A stretch of 64,000 nucleotides of DNA from Octopus sinensis (Eukaryota): contig NC_043000.1 in the NCBI RefSeq assembly GCF_006345805.1, forward strand, positions 163,308,001 through 163,372,000. The letters run 5' to 3'. Made by a program: the position numbers and the translations under genes. Of this stretch, positions 38,966 to 51,777 are shown one piece after another. Within the stretch, counting starts at the first letter, position 1. Each line of letters begins with the position of its first letter. A model generated the notes under the pieces. It was not told where the DNA came from. It was given only the letters and a program-made list of their open reading frames with translations, and made no database searches.

Positions 38966-41223
38966 GAAGCTACCTTAGTCATTGAGATAATGCATATTCA
39001 TATAAGAAAGAATATCCTATGCGTTTGAACGAACCGCGTGATATCTTAAAATTAAAAATTTGGAGTGTAATATATACATATATAATGTATACACACACAT
39101 TTACATACACATACATATATTATACACACAAAGACGCATACACTCTCGTATATACATGTGTGTACGTGTGTGTTTCTGCTTTTATTTTCTTTGGCTTTGT
39201 TTTAGCCATGACGACTAAGTTTATTCAAGAGATCTATCTTCAGCAAAAAAAAGAAAGAAAAAACAAAAAACTTATGCATATAGTATATAAGAGTATGAAT
39301 ATATGCGTAATATTTTGTTCTTTCTCTCCCACCAGCTCTCGGTCTTTCGTTTTCCATATGTCTCTATTACAGACTTCTTCCACTGTGAAGATGATACAGT
39401 TATAACCTCTTGTAACTCAAGACCAACAGTTCAGACCACAAGACAGAATCAAGCTTTATAACCTTTGGACTCAACCATTCACCCACCTGCGTTCGGCACT
39501 CACATACGTCATACGTCACACAGAGTGGAAGGATAGAAAATGGAAAAGAAAATAAAGAGAAAGAAAAAGAAAAAAAGAATTATAGAAAAAAAAGAAGGGA
39601 GAAAAATCATCCCCAACAACAATGATGAAAAGCAGGAAAAATAATGAAAAGTTTATTTTCTCTATGACACGTATGTGTGTCTGTTAATTCTTCCTTATAG
39701 ATAGACATATACGTTGTTGTTGTTGTTGAAACACATATGCAAGGACATAGATACTTACATAAAGACACAGTGATACGTAATACACAGTCTGTATGTATAT
39801 ATATGAGGATTCAAAAAGTACATGGCTTACCATATTTGTTTGTTTATCTCTTTAATGTTTGAACATAGGCTGAACGCAAAAAAAAAACATCGCATAAAAA
39901 TAAAACGGTAAAAACATAAATAAATAAAAGCGACAGAGAAAGGAAGAAATGCGTCTAATTGCTACTGCGTTACCATCAACCACAAAACAACATCAATAAC
40001 TCTCAAAACAGTGCCATAGCAACAACGATATCAACAATATGGTTGCAGTTAACTATTATAACAAAATGTATTAGATGTTCGAACTTGTTAACCACTCCAC
40101 CATAAGATGATCACGTCAGTGAGTTTCTTAAGAATTCCTTTGAAGAGTTATCCAGGAATCTATTAGACTGTAGTCCTGTTAGCGTTTAAGAATGGATAAC
40201 AAGTCCAGTTATTCTGTACTCACGGCAGCCAACTCTTATACTGAGCACACTCACTTTAGTATCGGGACTAAGTAGAGCACCTAGTTTTGATTTACTGCTG
40301 TTTTTATTTACAGATAGCTAGACTGGTCCATCGACAGTTACGTACCTTTGGCGAAAGATGGGCAAAAATTATATCTCAGCCAGTGGAAAGGGTTTCATAG
40401 TGGTCATCCAACTTACGTGAAATGGCAGTACTCCCTCTACTCCCACAACCCACGTCCCACCATACTGTCTTAGAAACTAGCAGCGTTAGGATTTGTCTTA
40501 TGTTCAACAATACTGATTGGAAACAAAATACCTTACAGTACAATTATTATTTTTCTTTATTCGTAGAATAGCAGCAAACTTTACGATGCGAAATTTAGTT
40601 ATCTGTTTAAAAAGCTTTCTGCTTATGACAACCAGAGAAACAGGTATTGGTATCTGGAGTCAAGTCAGGAATAAACTATTTCGAATCATTCTAGGAAAAG
40701 CTGAATGGCGTAGTGACGAACACTGTTCTTTCTACATTGTATAACCACCAAACAATTTATGTTGAGAATAAATGAAGTTAGGCAAGATTCAATGGGATTC
40801 TGATATCTCAATTATATGTCATTGTTTTGCCTAAAATATTTATATGCACAGAATAGACAATATGTTGAAAGTGGCAGCAAAATACATTGACTTCATAAAA
40901 AAATAAAAAACTTTCATTGTACCAAGCCTAAACAAAGAGTGCATGCTCCAACGATTCGGCGAGCTAGAACATTAAGAAAACGGTTTCTTTTATATCAAAG
41001 TCTTTGTCATTAACGAATTAGAAGGAGCAAAAAACGTATGTACTTCAGTTTTTGTGATTGATCTTAATAGCCACATAAATTATTCAAACTAAGAAAAATA
41101 GCAGAAAATGAGCGGCAAACATCAGAAATGTAAATTTTAAAGTTCGAGAATAATGAGTATTAGTAATTTATGCATTTTCAGTAATAATGCATTTTAAGCA
41201 ATATAGAGTAAGATTTATAAAGA

Positions 41224-42090
41224 TATTGGGTCTTTTGTACTGCTTTTATTTTTCAAAATTAAGATAAAGTTCTTTTTAAATCTAAAATATACTCCCACTT
41301 CATTTTCTACAATGTTCTTCTATCTATCTGGTTGACTTGCAAAGCCTCTCTTCCAAAATTCACTTGTCCGTGACGAAAAGTACTCCCCCAGGACTGTTCT
41401 GACCTCGTCTAAAGAATTCATATTTTTTCCGTCCAAATGATTTTGAAGACTGTGCGATAAATGATAATCAGATAGGACAATGTCCTGCGAATATGGTGGG
41501 TGGAGCATCGCTTCCCATTCAAATTGCTCTAGGCATTGGAACGCCATCCTCGCTGTATGTGGCCGAGCATTGTTCTGATGAAAGAACACATTTCGTCTTG
41601 AGACCAAAGATGGTCGTTTTACTTCTAGCGCCGACTTGAATGACTGGTTCAATGACTAAATCCAAGCTTCTCTGCTAGTGGCTCAACAGTTACGATGGGA
41701 TTTTGTTCCACCAAGGTGTGCAGGATGTTCTCGTTAAGCTCTACAGATCTTCCAGGATTTCTGGAACCACCACTGACACTGGCTTACAGTTATTGTCCGA
41801 CCCCCATATACTACATTCTTATTCCTTGCACTTCCCGTTGCGTTGTTGCCTTTACTGAACTCATAAAGCAAAATATGCCGAATATGCTCCTTTGTCACTT
41901 CGAGTATAGCTTTGAAAAAATAACTGTTAAAATCGAACTGCATTCTTAAAAACTTATACTACGAATAAGCACAAGGTAAAATTACTACCTGCTTTTATAG
42001 CAAGGTGATGCGGGTAGTTTATCCCGTTCTCCTCCGACATTTAGTTCATGCAATTGAAAAAAAACACATTATTTATGGGATGACTCAATA
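41224..42090 (-). mobile_element. mariner (DD34D-type) transposon, internally deleted
   Basis: HIRHILLYEF...GNNAT (N-terminus) and FHQNNARPHTA...LHPPYSQDIVLSDYHL. TIR cattatttatgggatgactcaata at 42067-42090; degraded partner tattgggtc at 41224. Confidence 0.85.
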
Positions 42091-42184
42091 TATCTCTTGT
42101 ATACGATGCAGATATGCGTTCCACTTATGTCAACCAGAAGAAATCTTCATTTCAGATTAACCAATGTAACGGTATACAATATTA

Positions 42185-42251
<67 letters not shown>

Positions 42252-42252
<1 letters not shown>

Positions 42253-43887
42253 TATACGCTGCAAATGACAAACAGCTGGAAACACTATTAAAGACAGTTC
42301 ATGGATTTACCAAAGAAATAGATATGAAATTTGGATTAGAAAAATGCGCCAAAGTAACCATGAAAAGAGGAAAACTAGTTAAGAGTAACAACATCACACT
42401 AGATAAAACCAAAAAATGAAAAAAAGAATTAGACCAAAGCCAAACTTACAAATACTTAGGAATCCATGAACTAGATAAGACACAACACACACAAATGAAA
42501 GAGAAAATAAAAAAAGAATATTTAGACGAGTTAGATCAATACTAAACACAGAGCTCAATGCTAAAACAAGATAATAGTATCAACACTTTAGCTGTCCCAG
42601 TTATAAGTTACAGCTACAATATCCTTAACTGGACACGAAATGAACTGACCAAAATAGATAGGAAACAAGAAAAATAATGACAGGATCTAGGATGCATCAC
42701 CCAAAATCTGACATAGAAAGACTATATATACAACGTATAGAAGGTGGTTAGAGGCCTTATAAGGCTGGAAAACTACTATAAAATAACCACCTAGGACTGC
42801 AAAAATATCTACTTCAGAAGGAAGGAAAACTGATCCAGATAGCGGCAAAACACGAGCAAAACAAAAAACTGTTCTCAGTATTTAAGGAAGCTGACAAATA
42901 CAACAAGAAATCATAACACCTAATAAACACAAAGAAGAAGAAGAAGATGATGAAGAAACAACAAAGCTATAAAACAAATGAAATCCAAACTAAAAATAGA
43001 ACAGCAACGAGCCATGATAAAACGATGGCAAGAAAAGCCCCTTCATGGTAAATACTGCACTAAACTAAAAGCAAAAGAAATAGACAAAGAAAAATCCCAG
43101 CAATGGTTGAGAAGCTTAGGACTCAAAGCAGAAATAGAGGGATTTTTAATTGCAGCACAAGACCAAAGCCTCCCCACCAGAAGTTACCAAAAACATGTAA
43201 TGAGAAGAAATATTACAGTAACTGCAGAATATATGTGGGATGGACAAGAAACAATAAATCATATTATCTTAGCTGCCAAGTCCTGGCTAAGAAGGAATAT
43301 ATTCACAGACATGACAGAGTTGGAACCTACATACATTGGAAGCTATGCCAACATTATGGAATAACAACAGAAAAAGATGGTATAGGCACACACAGAAAAG
43401 GTCACAGTCACAGAAAACGAGAAAGCAACCATACTCTGGGATATGCCGATACACACAGATAGAGAAATTAAGGCCAACAGACCAGATATAGTTGTCAGAG
43501 ATCATGAAGAAAAAAAATGCTATTAATTGATGTATCAATACCGGCTGATGACAACGTGTCTCTAAAAGAAATGGAGAAACTCTCAAAATACAAAGACCTG
43601 GAAATAGAGGTAACTAGAATGTGGAATCTGAAAACAGAAACAATTCCTATCATAGTAGGTGCATTAGGCATGATAAAAAATATTCAGACAAATACATAAC
43701 AAAAACACCAGGACTTACAAACACATATAACATACAGAAAATACACTACTAGGCACTGCACACATCCTACGCAGAACACTTTCCATACTATAACCATCAG
43801 AGCATCACAACAAATCACAGCACATACCCAAGGCACACAGAGCTGCGCTCGGTAGTGAAGTGAAAGCACGCTATAAAAATAAAACTA

Positions 43888-43957
<70 letters not shown>
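42252..43957 (+). mobile_element. R4/Dong-like site-specific non-LTR retrotransposon, 5'-truncated, RT C-terminus + REL endonuclease, (TAA)n tail
   Basis: LYAANDKQLETLL..MKFGLEKCA, GFLIAAQDQSLPTR, ETINHI, EYIHRHDRVGTYIHWKLC, RPDIV, LLIDVSIP, KLSKYKDL, IPIIVGALG. (TAA)n arrays on both sides (42185-42251, 43891-43957). Confidence 0.88.
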
Positions 43958-44366
43958 TTTTCTAAACTAGGCACAAGGCCCGAAAATTTGGGGAGGGCAT
44001 CAGTCGATTAGATCGATCTCAGTATATAACTGGTTCTTAATTTATCGACCCCGAAAGGATGAAAGGCAAAGTCGACCTCAGCGGAATGTGAACTCAGAAC
44101 GTAAAGACAGACGAAATACCTATTTCTATTTCTAATTTCTTTACTACCCATAAGGGGCTAAACACAGAGAGGACAAACAAGGAAAGACAAACGGATTAAG
44201 TCGATTAAATCGATCCCCAGTGCGCAACCGGTACTTAATTTATCGACCCCGAAAGGATGAAAGACAAAGTCGACCTCGGTGGAATTTGAACTCAGAACGT
44301 AACGGCGGACGAAATACGGCTAAACATTTCGTCCGGCGTGCTAACGTTTCTGCCAGCTCGCCGCCT
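43958..44366 (-). mobile_element. SINE family A, two nested/tandem copies; tail merges with the (TAA)n of the Dong-like LINE
   Basis: gaccccgaaaggatgaaag..aaagtcgacctc occurs at ~44047 and ~44245. Confidence 0.75.
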
Positions 44367-45037
44367 TTCAGTTATGATAGTAATACAAACTTTTTAATCT
44401 TCGCGAGATTCTGCAGTTGCTTCTTCTTGCTGTTTTTTGATACTTTGTAAACTAGTATCTCTGATAGGTCAATCAGTAGAAATTTTACTGAACTAAAGCT
44501 TACTAGCTTCCTTCTTGAGTCATTTTAAATTCAAGTTTCTTCATTGTACGCAGTAAAATCGACAAAAAATATGAACTACAATCTGAAAGACTCAGTATAG
44601 TATGTACAGCTGTAGAGGGAATGAATTAATATACGCACCGTAACGCATTGACTGTTCAACAGTACACTGTGTACAGACTATTTGTTTGGGGTTTCTATCC
44701 AATTTGGTTTTCCAAGAATGTGCCACCTACGACAATTCAATAACTACATAAATATACACAAACAAACATACATGATGGCCGTCCACTCGTGACCGAGGAA
44801 GACCATTGCTGACCTTCAGGAACATTGACAAGCTGATTTGTATTGGCAAAGTAGGTGCATCTGTTTATCTCTGTCTATCAGTTTCTCTCTCTCTCTCATA
44901 TACACACACATATACACACATACACACACATATACACACTCTCTCTCCCATCCTTTTCAATACATTCCTGTATCTGTTCGTTTATCTATCTATTTCCTTG
45001 CATCACTGTTTCTCTATAAATATATACATGAATAGTA

Positions 45038-45405
45038 GAAGCGCAATGGCCAAGTGGTTAAGGCAGCGGACTCGCGGTTCTAGGATCGCGGTTTCGGTTC
45101 CTAGATCGGGCGTTGTTAGTGTTTGTTGAGCAAAAACATCTACAGTTCCACGAGGCTCTGGCAGGGGGTGGTGGCGAATAGCTGCTGTACTCTTTCACCA
45201 CAGCTTTCTCTCACTCTTTCTGTTTCTGTTATACCTGTATTTCAAAGGGCCAGCCTTTTCACACTCTGTATCATGCTGAATCTCCCCTAAGAACTACGTT
45301 AAAGGTACACGAGTCTGCGGAGTGCTCAGCCGCTCACACGTTAATTTCACGGGCGTTGATCGGATGAACTGGAAACCTCCTCGTCAGCGTAACCAACGGA
45401 GTGTC
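45038..45405 (+). mobile_element. SINE family C copy
   Basis: Homologous to 34156-34522. Confidence 0.8.
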
Positions 45406-45441
45406 GTATTTACATGAACAGAAACACATACTTGCGCGCAC

Positions 45442-45482
<41 letters not shown>

Positions 45483-45858
45483 TGTGTGTATGTACGTATG
45501 TATGTATAGACAGACAGTGAGAGGGAAAGAGAGAAAGAGAGACCCTACACAATAACAGGGAAATATTTATTTATTTATTTGTGTATTTCTGTGCCTAACT
45601 TGTCTGTTCATTTGAATTTATAAGTGTGTGCATTTCACTACTTCAGAATATCTAAACGAAAGATGAGGAAAATGCTGAAGAGACAGAGAGTCTAAGAAGA
45701 ATACTCGGATTACATTAGTATATTTAGAGAAGGATATTTATGTGATCCATTGAATATGTAATTATGTAAATATATACACATTGATAATGGTAAGAAGTAT
45801 TGCCTGTGACTCTGTGTGTGTGTGTGTGTGACACGGGCACACAAACACACATATATGT

Positions 45859-45894
<36 letters not shown>

Positions 45895-45906
45895 GTATAT
45901 ATATAT

Positions 45907-45941
<35 letters not shown>

Positions 45942-46029
45942 CTATATATATATATATATAATACACATGCACAGATATAAATGTTATGTATGAACATATG
46001 CATATATGAATATATATGTATGTGTATTA

Positions 46030-46210
46030 TATGTATATACAGCGATACATAGATAAAGAGATAGATAGATAGTAATGTATATTTATATATGCACATATTC
46101 ATATACAAATACGTATATATATGTATATACAGCGATACATAGATAAAGAGATAGATAGATAGTAATGTATATTTATATATGCACATATTCATATACAAAT
46201 ACGTATATAT
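46030..46210. repeat. 90-bp direct duplication within a compound microsatellite
   Basis: cagcgatacatagataaagag... at 46040 and 46130. Confidence 0.85.
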
Positions 46211-46316
46211 ATATGTATATATACATGTATGTATTGTGCATATATCTGTATACATATATGTGTATATATGTGTGTAGATGTATATGTAGACATATATAGG
46301 CACACACAAGCACACA

Positions 46317-46358
<42 letters not shown>

Positions 46359-46417
46359 CATACAGAGAGAGAGAGAGAGAGAGAGACAGTGAGAGAGAAA
46401 GAGAGATAGATAGATAA

Positions 46418-46505
<88 letters not shown>

Positions 46506-47042
46506 TAAAATAGATAGATATATATGCATGTGCACACATCTAAATAACGCATTCAGATATACTTGCATATATTCATACATTTCTAGGTGTTGTGCAAAAT
46601 TTGATATGTTATGATTGGGAAATGAAATTACGCAAAAAAGTCACGAATGATTTGACATAACACATACACATAGCCTCATAAATGCAAAGTCATATATATA
46701 CAAATATGGCACCTACTCAGACTAGAAACACACACACCGACGTATAAGCATGCGCGCACTCATTGCTTGACTAAAATTACAGGCTCATTTTCTTTGCCTC
46801 ATAAAATCACAAGCGTATATGCGGGTGTATTTTTGCATTTCTATAACTAAAGTCTGTAAGTTTGTGAACATAGTAACATAGTGTGTGTGTGTGTGTGTGG
46901 TGTGTGTGTGTGTGCTTGGTTGGGTGTGTGAGTGTGTGTAAAGAAGGGGGAAGTGATTCGAATATGTTAATTTGAAAGGATGCGTCAGATTTCAATGTAG
47001 ACATTGATGAAAGACTACTTGGTGGGGAATTTACCCCCCAAT

Positions 47043-47082
<40 letters not shown>

Positions 47083-47209
47083 TGTGTGTGTGTATACATA
47101 TATATATCTACATACATACATATACTTATATGTATGTCTTTCTCTCACTCTGTCTGTCTGTCACTCTCACTCTGTATATATATATATATATAATATATAT
47201 ATATATATA

Positions 47210-49453
47210 ATCAAAATAAGCAACAAGGGTATCCAGAGGTAATGCAGTACGATCGTTTCATGCAACTCCATTTAATTGGACAATGCAATCATTACATCAA
47301 TTTAAAATGCAGAGCAATCTTCAGCTGCACAAGGCCATAGAATTTAATTAAATTAGAAGAGATGGACATATTTGTATAATTATACTTAAAATCTCAAAGA
47401 AGTTAAGGAGATGGATAAATAATATGCTGTCCCAACTCCAGTTTAGAAGTTATTGAATTCTTCAAGAAGTTATACATTGTTACAGACTCTGCCTGTCACT
47501 GAGATTTTTTTGTTTTGGTTTTTATGGGGTCAGTTTTAATTTATAGACTAGTTTATCAAATCCCTTGTATATCTAAGGCTGAGAGAACAGAGGGCAGTAT
47601 CTGTTAGGGGTAGGGCTGAGGGAGCAGAAAGCCATCATAGTTGGTATAGTCATAAAAATCAAGATATATTAGAAGCAATATCATAAGGTTTGTTAAAGGA
47701 AAACTTTTAACTAGATTTTAGCTGATAACAAGATGTTAGCCCACTAGCAGACCATTGATAATGAAACAGGGGAAGTCTTATCATGTACTGCTATAGTTAA
47801 ATATTTAAAACAATGTTGCTATATTGTATACAGTTAAAGTTTAGGCTTATTCAAAGGATTATTAAGAAGAATATTACAACAAAAGGATAGAAATTGATGA
47901 ATACTTTTGAGTATATACCTAACTTTTACCGCAATAGAGGGAGGAAAAAATTATCCAGAAATAGTTTAATATTTATACATACTGAACACTTAAATACTAA
48001 TTCATCAGCTGGTATCTGTGAATATTGATTAATTGGTATATACTGGTATTAATAAAGGAGTAATGATGTAAAGGAACATGCTAATTATATATTAATAAAA
48101 TTATAATCTAAGCAGTATTTTTTATAAGTAGTGAATATACCAGTATAGTTTTATATATGTAAAGTATGAATTTATAGAGATACAAAAATTAGATTAATTT
48201 TATGAATAAATAAAAGCTAATTATAAAATAATAAAGAAATAAAATAAAATAAAATAATCAAGTAGGGTAGAACACCATAGAAAAGGAAATAAAATGGCTT
48301 AATTACTAACACTATGGTAAAGTATATGTAGCTTATTAACACCAATAGAGAAGATTTTTTTTTAAAATTATAATAATTCAAAATATATCAGACTAAAAAT
48401 TATATATTTGATTATTTGGCTAACATCAATAAAAGACTTAAGCCTGGTATCGGCTAAAGAAATATTTAGGGTAGAGCATCATAGAAAAGGAATAAAAGCA
48501 ACCTAATCACTAAAAACCATAATAAAATATCCATACCTTATTAACTTCAATAGCAAGTATTTATATAAAATGTATAATAATTTAAGTATTATTATTTAGC
48601 TTATTATAATCAGGACTGATACCCGGTATTAGTTAAAAGAATAATTGTTGTTAAAAGGACATGCTAATCATATACTAATATTAAATTAAGAGGTATAATA
48701 TAGATTTCAAAAGTTATTTGAGTGAATCCATAAATGATACTACAGTTTCTTAGCGGGACTTAATTAGAAGGGCGGTTTGCATAAAGCCAATATAAATACC
48801 AAAATTAAGAGGACGGAACACTTTAAGAAAGAGATAAAAACTTAGTTACTAAACCTATTTTAAACAATATGTCATTATTGTATAAAATTAAAACTTAGGG
48901 TTATCAGGAAGATTTATCATTTAAGTGAGAGAACAAATAGCAGTTTAATTCGCCTTATGTTCAAGTTTAAAGTACGACACGTGATTGTATATACGCTGTT
49001 TCAAATTAATCGAACAACCGAAGTAAATATAATTATTAGTTGTAGTTATTAGTGTGCATTTATGTACTACGTTCTGAGTAAGACATCGGCCTAATAACGG
49101 ACAGCGGGATTAAACCTTACAAATGCAACTAGGAGAATTATTATTATTAATATTAGTATTATTAAGATTTAAATTATTATTTTTATTTTTAATATTTTCG
49201 CTATTAATAATTACATTATCAAGTATGTCATGGTCACATCTGTTATTTTCTAACTTCACTTCAATCGTATTATCATATAAAATCGCCTCTGCATCATTAG
49301 GCGTAAAAGTAGTTTCCATGCCCGTATATGTAATGAGACTATAATCCATAATGTTTTTATTAGAAGTGCTACCACTATTTATTCTATTCACCCCATCATC
49401 ATCATCAATACTACTATTTTCATTTTGGGGGTTTAAGTTATAGTCGACAGTAC

Positions 49454-49520
<67 letters not shown>

Positions 49521-49560
49521 GCTAGTGTCATTATTATTTTTATTATTGTTAATGTTACTA

Positions 49561-49598
<38 letters not shown>

Positions 49599-49663
49599 TA
49601 TTATTATTATTATTATTATTATTGCTAGTGTCATTATTATTTTTATTATTGTTAATGTTACTA

Positions 49664-49724
<61 letters not shown>

Positions 49725-51030
49725 TATTTCAACAATTCTGGCTAATTTTATATTCTCCTTATTTAGTCTAGCTATGATGGTACCTATATTGGGGAGAGTA
49801 GAGTATGAGATTCTAGCTGTCTTACGTGAAAAGATTCTATTATATCTATGGGAAGTAGAGAAGTTTTTTCTAAAATAGCCATAAATTTTCTATATATGTT
49901 TGTAGATAATGATCAATTGTATGGGATATTGAACCAGACGAGATTCTTAACTTTAAATTTTTTGTGCAAGTAAGGGCGGGATAAATTTGTGCTATCCTTG
50001 CTCCCTAGAATCGTGCCATGACTAATAGTTTTGTATATATTTCTAGTGGATCCCTTATCTGGAGGAGTAACCATTTCTTTTTCATCGTCACCTTTTTTAT
50101 TTTTCCCAAGCTTCTTACTCGTTTTAGTATCCTGTCTCTAATCGAAGCATATTCTGTTATTATTATTTAAAATGTTAGGTTTGTAGGATGGGTTATCATT
50201 TGGTATTTTTTCACAGCTAAGTGAGTTAGTAGACTTTCTATTACTCAAACTATCATCTTTTCCTCTATTACTGAGAAAAGTAATTTCCTGGTTATATCCC
50301 GCTTTAGACAAATCAACATTATAGTGCTATGAATGGGAATTAAAAATATCAATGCTTGAATATAATTTAGTAATTCTCCTAGAAATACTTTTAACAATCA
50401 ATTTTAATACATTAGTGGGGTGGTTTGATAATTTATTCACATATCTTGTAACCTCACCTTCTTTCCTATAGAGGTAGTATAAGTTAGAGTTAATGTTTAA
50501 AGTAGTATCCAAAAAATTTACTACTTTATTGTCATATTCATATTTAATACTTAAGTTAAAGTTTTTGAAAACATTTTCTAATTCTCTTTCTCATTCATTC
50601 TATGATTGATTTATTGTTGCTAGGGATGATGAATAGATCATCATCCCTATATATACCTCCCTGTAACTCAGGTATTTCCCTCTTTAGGCACCTTAAAAGA
50701 TATGCACCCACTAGATTTGTGATTTCGGCCGAGTCGTTCGAGCCCATAGCTATATCAAAGTTTTCTGGGGTATCAGCACTAGTCAAAAGTTTTCCCTCAA
50801 ATTCTATAATAGTTCTTCTAGCTCACATAATTATATCAATTTTATCCCTAGTTATGAGAGAGAGGTATTTAGCAAAAATAAGAGACTTATTGAGAAGAAT
50901 AGGGGATATACTTGAATAATAACTATTAATGTCAAATTGGATAAAAGAATAATTACTTGTGTTATCAATGGATTTAAACCAATGAATTACCTCATTTGTA
51001 TCAATCTATTATTTTAGAGTTAGGTTGGGA
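47210..51030 (-). mobile_element. Penelope-like element with C-terminal endonuclease (RT - linker - CxCx5C - GIY-YIG; Nematis-like, clade tentative), decayed and 5'-truncated
   Basis: RT: EVIHWFKSI, FIQFDINSYYSSIS, FDIAMGSNDSAEITNLVG, GIYRDDDL, VNFLDTTL, SNHP, VWFNIPY, ISYSTLPNI. EN: CICKV*SRCPLLGRCLTQNVVHKC...YIYFGCSINLKQRIYNH. Ends in a hammerhead-bearing region next to (TA)n. Confidence 0.88.
47242..47330 (-). ncRNA. Type I hammerhead ribozyme (PLE-associated)
   Basis: Minus strand: GUGCAG-CUGAAGA-[58-nt stem II]-GAAA-C-GAUC-G-UA-CUGCAU. Intact core, stem I GUGCAG/CUGCAU, palindromic stem III ACGAUCGU, GUA cleavage triplet. Confidence 0.75.
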
Positions 51031-51438
51031 ATTATAAGGTGTAGAAATGTGTTTGCGGGTGCATCTGCACACACACACACACATACACACACGCACGCAC
51101 ACACACACACACACACACGCACGCACACACACACATCCATATATATTTATAACAGAAAGTGTATGTCAATCACGGTGATTAAATGAATTTCCCTCTTAAT
51201 AATGGATATTTCCATCCTGTTCTCCACAGTCACCGGCCCCCACTCAAATGTTTGGACTGTTTAATAATAATACTTTCTCGAAGTACTGCATAATAGTAAA
51301 AATGCTGAAGACTCGGAATAAGCAACTTTTCTTACAGTAATTACTTACGTATGCATCCTCAATGCAATTGCTGTCGAATAAGGCTTCATCTTCTGCAAGA
51401 ATGCTTTCAGAGTCTTTTAAAGCCAAAAGTCTCTAAAT

Positions 51439-51777
51439 CACTGGTTCTCAACCGGGTATATATGGCATCTTAAGGTCCATATAAGATTTTTTGTGGGTCC
51501 ACATAAGCAATATACTACTTTGGGGCCACAGTAGTCTTGTACGGGCCCATGAAAAAAATATTGCTTAACTTGTATTTATTGCAGGAAACAAATGTTTTTT
51601 TTCTCTGATGTTCCACCACAGTTTAATCTACACAAGTGAATGTATGATAAGCAGAACAGGAATTTTGAAAGAAGTCTCTGTAAGACTACATTTTAAAACA
51701 TTGAATGGAATAGGGGTCCACCAGAATAAAAAAGTAATGAAACGGGTCCATAAATGAAAAATGGCTGAGAACCATTA
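51439..51777. mobile_element. hAT-superfamily MITE with perfect 8-bp TSD
   Basis: TSD ctctaaat at 51431-51438 and 51778-51785; TIRs CACTGGTTCTCAACC / reverse complement TAATGGTTCTCAGCC. Confidence 0.85.

Noticed and set aside
39360-39470. Possible exon after tctctattacag (FFHCEDDTVITSCNSRPTVQTTRQNQAL*)
   Set aside because: Short, no recognisable homology and no partner exons.
45038-45115. tRNA-like sequence with A and B boxes (also 34156 and 34897)
   Set aside because: No acceptor stem or proper cloverleaf, and it continues into a shared SINE body; it is a SINE head, not a tRNA gene.
45710-46580. 280-aa and neighbouring ORFs rich in YI/LSIY
   Set aside because: Compound TA/GATA/GA microsatellite translations.
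49913-50597. In-frame UGA codons in the PLE ORF (50595-50597, 49913-49915) as possible selenocysteine
   Set aside because: Selenoprotein PLEs are known from Naiads, which have an N-terminal endonuclease; this element has a C-terminal one, also carries TAA/TAG stops and frameshifts, and the first UGA fits CGA(Arg) decay in E-R-M-R-K-E-L. No SECIS was seen.
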